Positions 46,539 through 55,208 of a stretch of 64,000 bases of DNA are shown here, in pieces. Both the position numbers and the translations under genes were made by a program. The notes beneath the pieces were generated by a model. It was given only the letters and a program-made list of their open reading frames with translations. It was not told the DNA's origin and searched no databases. The DNA is from an uncultured bacterium (GTDB lineage: Bacteria > Patescibacteriota > Minisyncoccia > Phycocordibacterales > PALSA-1337), in NCBI GenBank assembly GCA_963851055.1, contig CAWKMY010000003.1, forward strand, positions 28,261-92,260. Reading direction: 5' to 3'. Position 1 is the first letter of the stretch, and every line of letters begins with the position of its first letter.

Positions 46539-46742
46539 ATGCAACAGTTTAGCCAATTACTAGAGCAGAGGGTCGTCGATTACTTCAAGCGCAAATACGG
46601 CTTGGAGATTTCGCCTGCTACCGCACAAGAATATCTTAACTCTTTTGCCGAATTGTTTCTAACCTGTGCAAGGTCAAGGAGAGGAAGCGTCCCGTCCAGC
46701 CAACGCTTTAGCGCGGCGGACGGGACGCGTATGACTTGCTAG
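46539..46742 (+). CDS. Possible 67-aa protein upstream of Rep
   Basis: MQQFSQLLEQRVVDYFKRKYGLEISPATAQEYLNSFAELFL... The C-terminal third runs through the GC-rich hairpin, so the true end is doubtful. Confidence 0.3.
   Translation: MQQFSQLLEQRVVDYFKRKYGLEISPATAQEYLNSFAELFLTCARSRRGSVPSSQRFSAADGTRMTC
46687..46728. repeat. GC-rich 42-nt inverted repeat (11-bp perfect arms gcgtcccgtcc / ggacgggacgc)
   Basis: Seen directly in the sequence. Inner pairs gcc/ggc and cgc/gcg extend the hairpin. It lies 38 nt upstream of the Rep start. Confidence 0.7.
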
Positions 46743-46765
46743 TTAACTAACATAATCAGATAGAC

Positions 46766-47528
46766 ATGGGCTACAACAAATTTATCAAATCCGGTAACAC
46801 ATTAGAAATATACTCATATGAACGATCTATCGAAATTCGTGAAGGACAACGCCGAGGTCATAAAGGCAGAAATGGTCTGTCGGGTGTGGCTTCTGGTGGA
46901 AGCAATTCATTATCACCCCAAGAATTCGAAGGAAAGCGCAAAGATAACGCGTCCCGCGCATCTATGGCTTTTAGACGGCTTATCCTATCTAACCTTGGAG
47001 GATCTGAATTACCTATACTCATTACTTGTACATACAAAGAGAACCAAACTGACATCAAGCAAGGATACTCGGATTTCACAGCTTTTGTCCAAGCTCTACG
47101 ATATAAATACGGACCACTTTTCAGGTACATCGCAGTACCAGAATTTCAAGCGCCGTGGAGCCGTTCATTTCCACGCTCTGTTCTGGGGGCTACCCGAAAC
47201 CACGGTTGAAACAGAGAGATATACCAGATTGGTTGCGGGGATGTGGGGACACGGATTCGTCTACGTCAAAATGACCGACGGCAACGAAAAGCTATCATCA
47301 TATCTTGCAAAATATATGGCTAAATCATTCATAGACTACAGATTGAAAAATCAGAAGGCATATACATGCTCTCGTAACCTTCTTCGCCCGCAGATCGTCG
47401 GCGGTATATCTTCATACAGCATTGATTGCTATTTGCAAGAATGCGGGGTGAAAAAACCGGAGGTTGATAAGTCTTACGATACGCATTGGTTAGGGCGAGC
47501 ACGACACAGGATTTACCAACTAGAATAA
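46766..47528 (+). pseudogene. Rolling-circle (HUH) replication initiator, split by a frameshift near 47147-47150
   Basis: Frame A gives ...PILITCTYKENQ (motif 1-like) ...FRYIAVPEFQ. The next frame continues KRRGAVHFHALFWG (HUH) ...SSYLAKYMAKS (Y-x-x-K-Y, two-tyrosine type). Neither ORF alone contains all the motifs. Confidence 0.65.
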
Positions 47529-47547
47529 ATTCGAGTATAATATTCTC

Positions 47548-47946
47548 ATGATTTTAGTTAAATCAAAAATTGGTCCAAGTAAAATCGAAGGTATCGGTTT
47601 ATTTGCAGATGAGCCTATTAGAAAAGGGACTAAAGTGTGGGGATTCGAGCCAAAACTGGATTTGGTACTCTCGAAGGATGAGGTTGAGAAATTATCGCCA
47701 GCTGCGCGAGAACAATTTTATAGATATGCTTATCTCGACAAAGTTCGACAAAAATATTTGCTGTGCGGTGATGATGCAAGATTTTTTAACCACTCGGATA
47801 GACCAAACTGTGATGAGACTACTGATAATGATTCAACCTTTGCGCTAAAAGATATTGACGTCGGCGAAGAATTGACAATCAATTACGGCGAATTTTACGG
47901 AAATATGAACGAGCATCCAGAGATCGAAAAAACAGCGGTCTTATAG
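47548..47946 (+). CDS. SET-domain protein (putative lysine methyltransferase)
   Basis: GIGLFADEPIRKGTKV, RFFNHSDRPNC (the NHS/CxPN box) and GEELTINYG (the ELxxxY box). 132 aa. Confidence 0.8.
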   Translation: MILVKSKIGPSKIEGIGLFADEPIRKGTKVWGFEPKLDLVLSKDEVEKLSPAAREQFYRYAYLDKVRQKYLLCGDDARFFNHSDRPNCDETTDNDSTFALKDIDVGEELTINYGEFYGNMNEHPEIEKTAVL

Positions 47947-47988
47947 AGTTCAGAAAATTTCTATTATCAACCTAAATTATTTAATTTC

Positions 47989-49497
47989 ATGAAATATATA
48001 CTTTACTGCCGAAAATCCACTGATACTGAAGACCGCCAAGTGCTTTCTCTTGATTCACAAGAAAAGGAGCTTTTGGCTATTGCGGAGAAGCTGAATCTGA
48101 AGATCGTAAAGGTATTCAAGGAAAGCCGCACTGCCAAGGAAGCAGGTCGTCCCATTTTCAATGAAGTGATTCAAATGATCAACGCCGGCAAAGCTGATGC
48201 TATTCTCTGCTGGAAACTAGACCGCCTAGCTCGCAACTTCTTGGACGGTGGACTCATCATGGATATGCTCCAGAAAGGCATCATTAAGGAAATACGTACC
48301 TACGAAGCCGTTCATCTGCCTAACGAGACATCATTCATCCTCGCCATGCAATTTGGTATGGCTAATCAGTACAGCCGTGACCTAAGCGTCAATGTGAAGC
48401 GTGGCAATCGTGAGAAATTATCCCGTGGCGAATGGCCGAATCATGCTCCGTTCGGATACCTGAATGACAAACCCACAAAGACGATCACTATTGATCCGAT
48501 TCGTTCAAAGTATGTCGTCCGTGCATTTCAGTTATACGCCACTGGCCGCTACGGCTTCAACGAAATCGCCAAAATCCTCTATGACGAAGGTTTGCGAACT
48601 TCATCCGGCAAAAAAGTATATCGTGGACACATTCATCGCTTCATCAGCCAGCCATTTTACTGTGGTCTCATGCTCCGTGAAGGTAAATACTATCCGGGCA
48701 AACACCAACCGCTCATTTCCAAGCAATTATTCGACGATGCTCAAAATGTTTTACATAACCGAAATCGCCCAAGGCTACAAAAGAAATTCTTCTCTCTCCG
48801 GGGATTCTTGAAATGCGAGAACTGTGGTTGTGCCTATACTGCCTCAACCAAGAAAGGCCACGATTACTATTACTGCACCAATGGAAAAGGCCACTGCGAA
48901 GCTCATTTGAAATACATGCGAGAAGCTACGATGTATGAATTGATCGCTCCAGTGCTTGATCAGCTTCGATATGATGAAGAAATCATTGACATCATGTTCA
49001 ATGCCGCCAAGGAACGCCAGCTCCATGACAACAGCTATGTCGAATCAATCGTAACTTCATGCCAGAGCCGTCTAGAATCGCTCAAGGCGAAAGAAGTACG
49101 CCTACTCGATACATTTCTCGATGGGCAAATTTCAAAGGAAATCTATGATGCTAAAGTCCTTGAAATACACAACGAAAAGATCTGCGCCGAAAAACAGATG
49201 AGCGAAGCTAAAACCAAGAATGACATTTTAACTTTGGAACCGACTAGAGAAGCATTTCTACTTGGAAACAGAGCCATGAAAAATTTTGTGGACGGAAATG
49301 ACAACGAAAAGCGTATCATAGCTTCAAAGTTACTTTGGAACCTTTCTATGAAGGACGGAAATATCGCTCAAGTAAGCTACAGAAGTCCGTATGACATCAT
49401 GGCAAAAGCACCCAAAACAGGTGATATTAAAACTTTGCTGCGGGGGAAGGAGTCGGACCTTCATACCAGGATTCAAAGTCCTGTGTCCTACCATTAG
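47989..49497 (+). CDS. Large serine recombinase (integrase)
   Basis: Resolvase N-terminus YCRKSTDTEDRQVLSLDSQ and WKLDRLARN, a recombinase domain, a zinc ribbon CENCGCAYTAS...YYYCTNGKGHCE and a coiled coil. The last 20 codons are antisense to tRNA-Gln. Confidence 0.9.
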   Translation: MKYILYCRKSTDTEDRQVLSLDSQEKELLAIAEKLNLKIVKVFKESRTAKEAGRPIFNEVIQMINAGKADAILCWKLDRLARNFLDGGLIMDMLQKGIIKEIRTYEAVHLPNETSFILAMQFGMANQYSRDLSVNVKRGNREKLSRGEWPNHAPFGYLNDKPTKTITIDPIRSKYVVRAFQLYATGRYGFNEIAKILYDEGLRTSSGKKVYRGHIHRFISQPFYCGLMLREGKYYPGKHQPLISKQLFDDAQNVLHNRNRPRLQKKFFSLRGFLKCENCGCAYTASTKKGHDYYYCTNGKGHCEAHLKYMREATMYELIAPVLDQLRYDEEIIDIMFNAAKERQLHDNSYVESIVTSCQSRLESLKAKEVRLLDTFLDGQISKEIYDAKVLEIHNEKICAEKQMSEAKTKNDILTLEPTREAFLLGNRAMKNFVDGNDNEKRIIASKLLWNLSMKDGNIAQVSYRSPYDIMAKAPKTGDIKTLLRGKESDLHTRIQSPVSYH

Positions 49498-49508
49498 ACG
49501 ACCCCGCA
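49438..49508 (-). tRNA. tRNA-Gln (anticodon UUG) with atypical T loop
   Basis: Acceptor TGCGGGG/CCCCGCA (U1-A72), D arm GTCT-AATGGTA-GGAC, anticodon arm CAGGA-CTTTGAA-TCCTG, T arm GAAGG-TCCGACT-CCTTC. The loop is TCC rather than the usual TTC. CCA is not encoded. Confidence 0.8.
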
Positions 49509-49527
49509 ATGGTGAAACAAGAACATA

Positions 49528-50580
49528 CTACTGACAAATCCTAATTACGGCAAGCTCCAGTGGCAATGCCTCTATGCGTGCCCTGCCAACGCCGTCCGCG
49601 GCTTCAAGAAGTGCCGCTAGTGTAACCGGAGTCAAAGCCTTCTTCCCTGCCTGTGTTTCTATGAATACCCAATCATCAGGAGAGACACGCTCTTTGACTG
49701 ATGCTTGAGACGATTGAGAATGCTGTATCAAAAGAATAAAACGGGCCTTTTCTAACACTAGAGTGACGAAAGTACTCATTGAAATGCCAGATTTTTCTGC
49801 TTCACCAAGAACTTTCAAGGCCGCATCAGCATTCTTGGCGATCAATCCTTCAATGAAACTATTAACCAGACCGGCTCGAGGGGCACCTGTAATGGATTCG
49901 ACGATGTCGCGATCGATTACCATATTCGTTCCACCTTTAGCGCCCTTAATGTGACCACCAGCAGGAGTGGCGGCAATAACTTTTTCTAACATGCCAAGCG
50001 CGTCGCGAAATGATCCGTCGCCCAGCAATGCAATCAAATCTGCGGCGCCAGCGTCCAGAGAATAGCCCTCTTCCTTGGCAATCTTAACCACTTGCTTGCC
50101 GACAATGTCACGCGGCGGTTTGCGGAATGCAAAAGTCTGGCAACGGGAAATGATAGTCTCCGGCACTTTATCGAGTTCGGTTGTGGCCAATATAAAAATG
50201 ACGTGTTTCGGTGGCTCCTCAAGAGTTTTCAGAAGCGCATTCCAAGCGTCCTTGGAAAGCATGTGAACCTCGTCAATAATATAAACTTTGTATTTGCTGG
50301 AAAATGGTAGAACTGCCACATGTTCGCGGAGTTCACGAATATCGTCTATGCCGCGATTAGAAGCGGCATCTATTTCATTTACATCTTCATCGGCGGTTTT
50401 AAGCTCATGCGCCATGATGCGAGCAACTGTAGTCTTGCCTGTACCGCGAGAGCCAGAAAATAGATAGGCATGGGCTACACGGTCGTTAGATATGGCATCT
50501 TTGAGGGCTTCGACAATATGATCCTGGCCCATGACTTCAGACCATTTGGCTGGGCGGTATGTTCGGTAGAGGACGGGCAT
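49528..50580 (-). CDS. dnaX: DNA polymerase III gamma/tau subunit (short form)
   Basis: Walker A GSRGTGKTT, IIDEVHML and SRCQTFAF. 350 aa. Confidence 0.9.
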   Translation of the reverse strand: MPVLYRTYRPAKWSEVMGQDHIVEALKDAISNDRVAHAYLFSGSRGTGKTTVARIMAHELKTADEDVNEIDAASNRGIDDIRELREHVAVLPFSSKYKVYIIDEVHMLSKDAWNALLKTLEEPPKHVIFILATTELDKVPETIISRCQTFAFRKPPRDIVGKQVVKIAKEEGYSLDAGAADLIALLGDGSFRDALGMLEKVIAATPAGGHIKGAKGGTNMVIDRDIVESITGAPRAGLVNSFIEGLIAKNADAALKVLGEAEKSGISMSTFVTLVLEKARFILLIQHSQSSQASVKERVSPDDWVFIETQAGKKALTPVTLAALLEAADGVGRARIEALPLELAVIRICQ

Positions 50581-50600
50581 GGGGGTATTCTATCACAACA

Positions 50601-51668
50601 TTATCTATTCAAATATTCATCGACAATTTTCTTAACCTCCTTGAAGTTGTTAGTCTCCATCAGCTTCGCGCGCAACTCCTTGGCCCCATCCCAACCAGAA
50701 ACGTATGCCTTGAAATGTTTCTTCATTACTGCAAAGTTCTTTATGTGCTTGCGGCCACGCTTGCTTCGTCTGCCGGCAGGTATGCCGCAGAAAGTTTTCT
50801 CGAATAGTTTTGTGTGCTCGAGAAGGATTTTGAGGCGCTCCTCGGGCGTCTTCTCGGATGACTTCTTCAAAGTGTCAACTTTCTTGACACTTCTATGGAG
50901 ACTCTCAAAGAACCACGGCTTGCCGAAAATACCCCGCCCTATCATCACCCCATCACAACCATATTTTTTGCATTTAGCATCGGCGTCTTCCAACGATTCC
51001 ACATCGCCATTACCGATTATCAGCGTACGCTCGACCGGCTTCATGTCAGTCTGAATCTCATCTCGCATTTTCACGATTTCTGGCATCAATTCCCAATGTG
51101 CCGGCACGTCCGACATTTCTTTGCGAGTACGCAAATGCACAGTTAAAGCCGGCAACCTTTGCCCGAGAAGCAACTTGATCCATTCTAAGTCAATCTTGTT
51201 ATAACCAATTCTTGTTTTAATGCTGACTGGAATCTCCTTACTCCTAACTCCTAACTTCTCGCTCCTTACCCCTTCCTGCGCCGCCTGTAATACTTCCAGT
51301 GCCTTTTCTTGCTCCTTCATATGCGCCGCCCCGCCTCCCTGCTTCTCGACTGATCGATCAGGGCAACCCATATTTATGTCCAGACCGTCAAAACCGAGCT
51401 TGGCCGCAAGCGTCGCCGCTTTCCTCATGGCTTCCGGATGACCCGTGAATAATTGCGCAACTATAGGCCTCTCCTTTTCTGAATAAACCAAGTCATTCAA
51501 TAGATTCTTCCTGCCAGGCGAAACTAGGCCGTCAGCAGAAACGAATTCCGTCCACATGACATCCGGCTTGCCATACTTGGCTATGAGCCTGCGGAAAACA
51601 CTATCTGTAACATTGGCCATAGGGGCCAAGACAAAAAATGGCCTTGGCAGTGTTTTCCAGAAATTCAT
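50601..51668 (-). CDS. dus: tRNA-dihydrouridine synthase
   Basis: FVLAPMANVTD, DINMGCP, SIKTRIGY and LTVHLRTR. ATG 51668 chosen. Confidence 0.85.
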   Translation of the reverse strand: MNFWKTLPRPFFVLAPMANVTDSVFRRLIAKYGKPDVMWTEFVSADGLVSPGRKNLLNDLVYSEKERPIVAQLFTGHPEAMRKAATLAAKLGFDGLDINMGCPDRSVEKQGGGAAHMKEQEKALEVLQAAQEGVRSEKLGVRSKEIPVSIKTRIGYNKIDLEWIKLLLGQRLPALTVHLRTRKEMSDVPAHWELMPEIVKMRDEIQTDMKPVERTLIIGNGDVESLEDADAKCKKYGCDGVMIGRGIFGKPWFFESLHRSVKKVDTLKKSSEKTPEERLKILLEHTKLFEKTFCGIPAGRRSKRGRKHIKNFAVMKKHFKAYVSGWDGAKELRAKLMETNNFKEVKKIVDEYLNR

Positions 51669-51763
51669 AGATATCCACAGTAGCATGCTTTTTGGCCACA
51701 ATAAATGTTTTCACAGGAGTATAATTAATTAAACCAAGTCAACCAAGAAAGGGCCTCCTTACT

Positions 51764-51886
51764 ATGAGAAAAATTCTGAAAGGGTTATTGGCCATACTAA
51801 CGGCCAAACTGGAAGAAATTCCAGTCGGTTACCAAGATGAGTTCGGGTTTCACTCGGGCGCACCGGCCTGGAGCTTCGAAATCTGA
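51764..51886 (+). CDS. Possible 40-aa protein or small transcript
   Basis: MRKILKGLLAILTAKLEEIPVGYQDEFGFHSGAPAWSFEI, followed by a plus-strand hairpin. No strong RBS. Confidence 0.25.
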   Translation: MRKILKGLLAILTAKLEEIPVGYQDEFGFHSGAPAWSFEI

Positions 51887-51902
51887 ATCATTCTCTGTGT
51901 TC

Positions 51903-51940
51903 CGCCGCTCCCTCTTGCTTTGCAAGATCGGGCGGCGTTT
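51903..51940 (+). terminator. Hairpin/terminator after the small ORF
   Basis: Pairs cgccgc/gcggcg with inner cttgc/gcaag, followed by tttcatat. Confidence 0.4.
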
Positions 51941-51962
51941 CATATCTGGACTATTCACTTCA

Positions 51963-52901
51963 CTATTTGACCTTATCTAACAACCTGATGACATCTCCAT
52001 CTCTGTCATCACTATTCAAAACAACAACGGCGTACACATCTTTATCCGGCCCAACATAGAAAAGCGAGGCACCCGTATCTTTGGCCTCCGGCAGATAGCC
52101 ATTCTTCCCCCCTATATAATATGACCAACTCAAGAAGTGAGTGGGATTTATCCATGTATGTGAACGGATAGTTTCGGCATGTATGGCAGTGGTAGCTATG
52201 ATAGCCGGATCATTCTTGCGGATCCAATCCAAGATCAGAGCCATGTCATTGGCTGTTGAGACATTTTCCGGATCAAGGCCGGATGGATCGGCGAAGGAAG
52301 TGCGATATGCGCCTATGGACTGGGTGAAGTCGTTCATTGCTTGGATGAATTTGGCTCGGCCATAAAATTGGGCGTATGCCTCGGCGGCATCGTTGGAGGA
52401 GACCATGAGCAGAGGATACAGAAGATCGGCGGCGCTAAAGGTTTCGCCTGCCCGGAAGTCGGCAGTGTTGCCATATGTTGCCATAACCGACCCTGTGATA
52501 GTGATCCTGGCGCTGTCAGGAATGAGTCGACGGGCAATGACGGCCGTGACAAGTTTGGTAAGAGAGGCGATAGGAAGAAGCCTAGCTGCATTGCTCTGAA
52601 GAGCCGTCGAACCGGTAGTCAAATCCTTAACGATATAAGCAGAAGCGGTTATATTCTTGGCTATGCCTGATGGCAATGCTAGAGCCGCTTCGTCTATGAG
52701 ATTTTCTTCTTGGTCAGCAGTATAACGGACGACTCTGTGAAAGCCGGAAACTGATGTGCCGTCAACAGGCTGGAACGCGGCACCGGCCGCGGCCATAAGA
52801 TAAGGACCTTTTTGCAAGGCGAAAGAGCCGGCTCTCGAGAGACCAAAAATGAACGCCATTAGCGCGAGACCTCCGAACACTACATAGAAAAAATTCTTCA
52901 C
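51963..52901 (-). CDS. D-alanyl-D-alanine carboxypeptidase (peptidase S11, PBP5-like)
   Basis: N-terminal anchor, SxxK in PIASLTKLVTA, SxN in MVSSNDAA, and a KTG-like GGKNGY. Confidence 0.8.
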   Translation of the reverse strand: MKNFFYVVFGGLALMAFIFGLSRAGSFALQKGPYLMAAAGAAFQPVDGTSVSGFHRVVRYTADQEENLIDEAALALPSGIAKNITASAYIVKDLTTGSTALQSNAARLLPIASLTKLVTAVIARRLIPDSARITITGSVMATYGNTADFRAGETFSAADLLYPLLMVSSNDAAEAYAQFYGRAKFIQAMNDFTQSIGAYRTSFADPSGLDPENVSTANDMALILDWIRKNDPAIIATTAIHAETIRSHTWINPTHFLSWSYYIGGKNGYLPEAKDTGASLFYVGPDKDVYAVVVLNSDDRDGDVIRLLDKVK

Positions 52902-52905
52902 CTCT

Positions 52906-53757
52906 TTACTTTATCATCTTATAGACCACATTGTCTCCGTAACGCAAATCTACATAGTCGAAGGTAGAATGCATATGCGGCCAGAATACCGTCAGATTTA
53001 AAAGCTCATGAGATATGCCCGCGACATCATTGAAATATATAACAGTCGTAGAAGCGTACAGCTCATATTCCCCGTCGTCTTTCATCAATATAGCTTGAAC
53101 CGGAATACCGGCGGAAATGGCGCCGGCCATAAATGATTGCAGAGCAGAGAACTCATCCGTGGAAGTGGCATATGAACCGATATTATTTACGAGATCTGGC
53201 GCGTAATATACATTGTAAGGAAGTGAGTATACGCCGCTCGAAGATGATGTTCCGTCTCCGTCGAATGAATGAGCGCTCTGGAAAATCAGTCCTGACGCAT
53301 CGACATCATAACAGCCGCTATCCTGGTCGAAGACGAGCCTATTGCCGTCAAAGTCAGGCAGAGTGGCGCAAACTATGGCTGCCGGCACTTTCTGACTGAC
53401 GGTGATGACGATGCCGTGCAAGCCAGCGCGATTGACATTTACGTTCAGCACGCGCGGTGAAGCGGCTTTTACAGCGGCGATGATGCCGGACTTCGGATAT
53501 ATGAGAGTGCTGTAACGATGGAAAAGCCCTAGATAACTGCCGTTCAAGGTTTGTTCCGCGGCTCTTTGCAATGCCGGAGTGATATCGGCGTCAGCACCGA
53601 AAACTTTTACATCATCTATGGCAAAAGCGCTGAGACGCGTCAGGAAAGAAAGGGCTGATAGCCATGAGGCAATGATCAAAATGACGAGCGCCAGAGTCCA
53701 GTAGAACTTCTTGCGCCTTTTTCTGGTGAATGAGTGTGACTGAAGGTTTCTGGACAT
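52906..53757 (-). CDS. ftsQ: FtsQ/DivIB-like cell division protein
   Basis: Basic N-terminus plus a TM segment, then a POTRA-like IDDVKVFGADADITPALQRAAEQTL...VNVNRAGLHGIVITVSQKVPAAIV. Assignment is by architecture. Confidence 0.5.
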   Translation of the reverse strand: MSRNLQSHSFTRKRRKKFYWTLALVILIIASWLSALSFLTRLSAFAIDDVKVFGADADITPALQRAAEQTLNGSYLGLFHRYSTLIYPKSGIIAAVKAASPRVLNVNVNRAGLHGIVITVSQKVPAAIVCATLPDFDGNRLVFDQDSGCYDVDASGLIFQSAHSFDGDGTSSSSGVYSLPYNVYYAPDLVNNIGSYATSTDEFSALQSFMAGAISAGIPVQAILMKDDGEYELYASTTVIYFNDVAGISHELLNLTVFWPHMHSTFDYVDLRYGDNVVYKMIK

Positions 53758-53793
53758 TCTTATGTAAATACAAAACGAATATACTTGCGGGCT

Positions 53794-55077
53794 TTATTTA
53801 CTTATCGAGTCCTTGCCGAGATATTTCACCAATACCTGTGGAATCTTTATGGAGCCGTCAACTTGCTGGAAATTTTCGATGAGAGAAACCAGGATACGCG
53901 GCGTAGGAATAGCTGTTGAATTGAGAGAATGAGCGTAACGAAGCTTGCCATCGGCGTCTTTGTACCGGATATTGAGCCTGCGAGTCTGAAAATCATGGAA
54001 ATAAGAAGCGGATGATATTTCGCGGTACTTCCCTTCTTTTGGCACCCAAAGCTCGATGTCGTATTTCTTCACTTGACCAAGACCGAGGTCGGCACCACAA
54101 TTGATAACCGTATGATATGGAATACCCAATGACTCGATGAACTCTTCTGTATTTCGATTTAGCTCTTCATGGAATTTTACCGAGGTCTCGTGGTTGGCCT
54201 CGCAAAGCACGAGCTGTTCGAATTTGTAGAATTCATGAACACGGATAAGGCCACGAACATCTTTGCCATGTGCACCAGCTTCACGGCGATAACAAGGCGA
54301 GAATCCGAGATAGCGCTTTGGCAATTCAGTTGCGGCCAAAACTTCTTCGGCATGCATGCCCATAAGCGGAACTTCAGCTGTTCCAGAAAGCGCGTCTCCA
54401 TCTTGGGTCATATAGAAATCCTCCACATCCCCTGGTAGATGAGCAGTGCCGTACAGATTAATCTTGCGAACTATAGTCGGCGGCATGACCGGAACGAAAT
54501 TTTTGCCAGCGGAACCGGCCGCTCCGGCAAAAAAATCCATGGCATAATTCCAAATGGCAAAACACAACCTAACCCCATCGCCAGTCAGATAATATCCACG
54601 AAAACCGTGAACTTTTCCACCACGCTCAAAATCAACCATTCCTAGACGTGTCATCAATTCAACGTGATCTTTCGGCTCAAATGAGAATTTTGGCTTTTCA
54701 CCCCAAGCTTTTACCTCCTTATTATCCGCTTCGGTCATACCGTCTGGAACTGACATATCCGGTACATTCGGTACATGGAGCATCATATCCTGCCAAGACT
54801 TCATGGTTTCTTTGAGTTTGACCTCATCATTTTCCAGATCGGCTTTAACAAGCTTCATTTCAGCTATGAGCTCGGCGCGCTCTTCTGGACTCTTGGCTTG
54901 TGCGACTTTGTCATTTGCGGCATTCTGGACTGCGCGCTTCTTCTCCGATTCTGTCATGAGCGTGCGGCGCGTATCATCCAGAGCTATGAGCGCATCTATG
55001 TCTATAGCCACATGCTTCTTTTTAGCCGCAGCCGCCACGATATCCTTGTTTTCCCGTATGAATTTGATGTCTAACAT
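53794..55077 (-). CDS. serS: Serine--tRNA ligase
   Basis: N-terminal coiled-coil arm and class II motifs: GTAEVPL, SPCYRREAG, IRVHEFYKFE and NSTAIPTPRILV. Confidence 0.95.
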   Translation of the reverse strand: MLDIKFIRENKDIVAAAAKKKHVAIDIDALIALDDTRRTLMTESEKKRAVQNAANDKVAQAKSPEERAELIAEMKLVKADLENDEVKLKETMKSWQDMMLHVPNVPDMSVPDGMTEADNKEVKAWGEKPKFSFEPKDHVELMTRLGMVDFERGGKVHGFRGYYLTGDGVRLCFAIWNYAMDFFAGAAGSAGKNFVPVMPPTIVRKINLYGTAHLPGDVEDFYMTQDGDALSGTAEVPLMGMHAEEVLAATELPKRYLGFSPCYRREAGAHGKDVRGLIRVHEFYKFEQLVLCEANHETSVKFHEELNRNTEEFIESLGIPYHTVINCGADLGLGQVKKYDIELWVPKEGKYREISSASYFHDFQTRRLNIRYKDADGKLRYAHSLNSTAIPTPRILVSLIENFQQVDGSIKIPQVLVKYLGKDSISK

Positions 55078-55208
55078 GGATAATATTGTAGCACTTTTAG
55101 CGGCGCCGGGAAACTTCGACGTTTCTTAGGCGTTTCTTTATCAAAAATTAGGCGTTTTTTGATTTCTTTTTGAGCGTTTCTTTATCTGGCGCATGTTATG
55201 GTGAGGCC

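Larger units (their letters stand above)
45453..49437. mobile_element. Decayed integrative element abutting tRNA-Gln (serine recombinase, HUH Rep, SET-domain gene, gene remnants)
   Basis: Gene content as listed, with multiple frameshifts. The right end lies at the 3' end of tRNA-Gln. The left end is not defined, as I found no direct repeat. Confidence 0.5.

Noticed and set aside
50470-51054. 194-aa plus-strand ORF spanning the dnaX/dus junction
   Set aside because: It is antisense to two well-supported genes, with a Ser/Leu/Phe-rich shadow translation.
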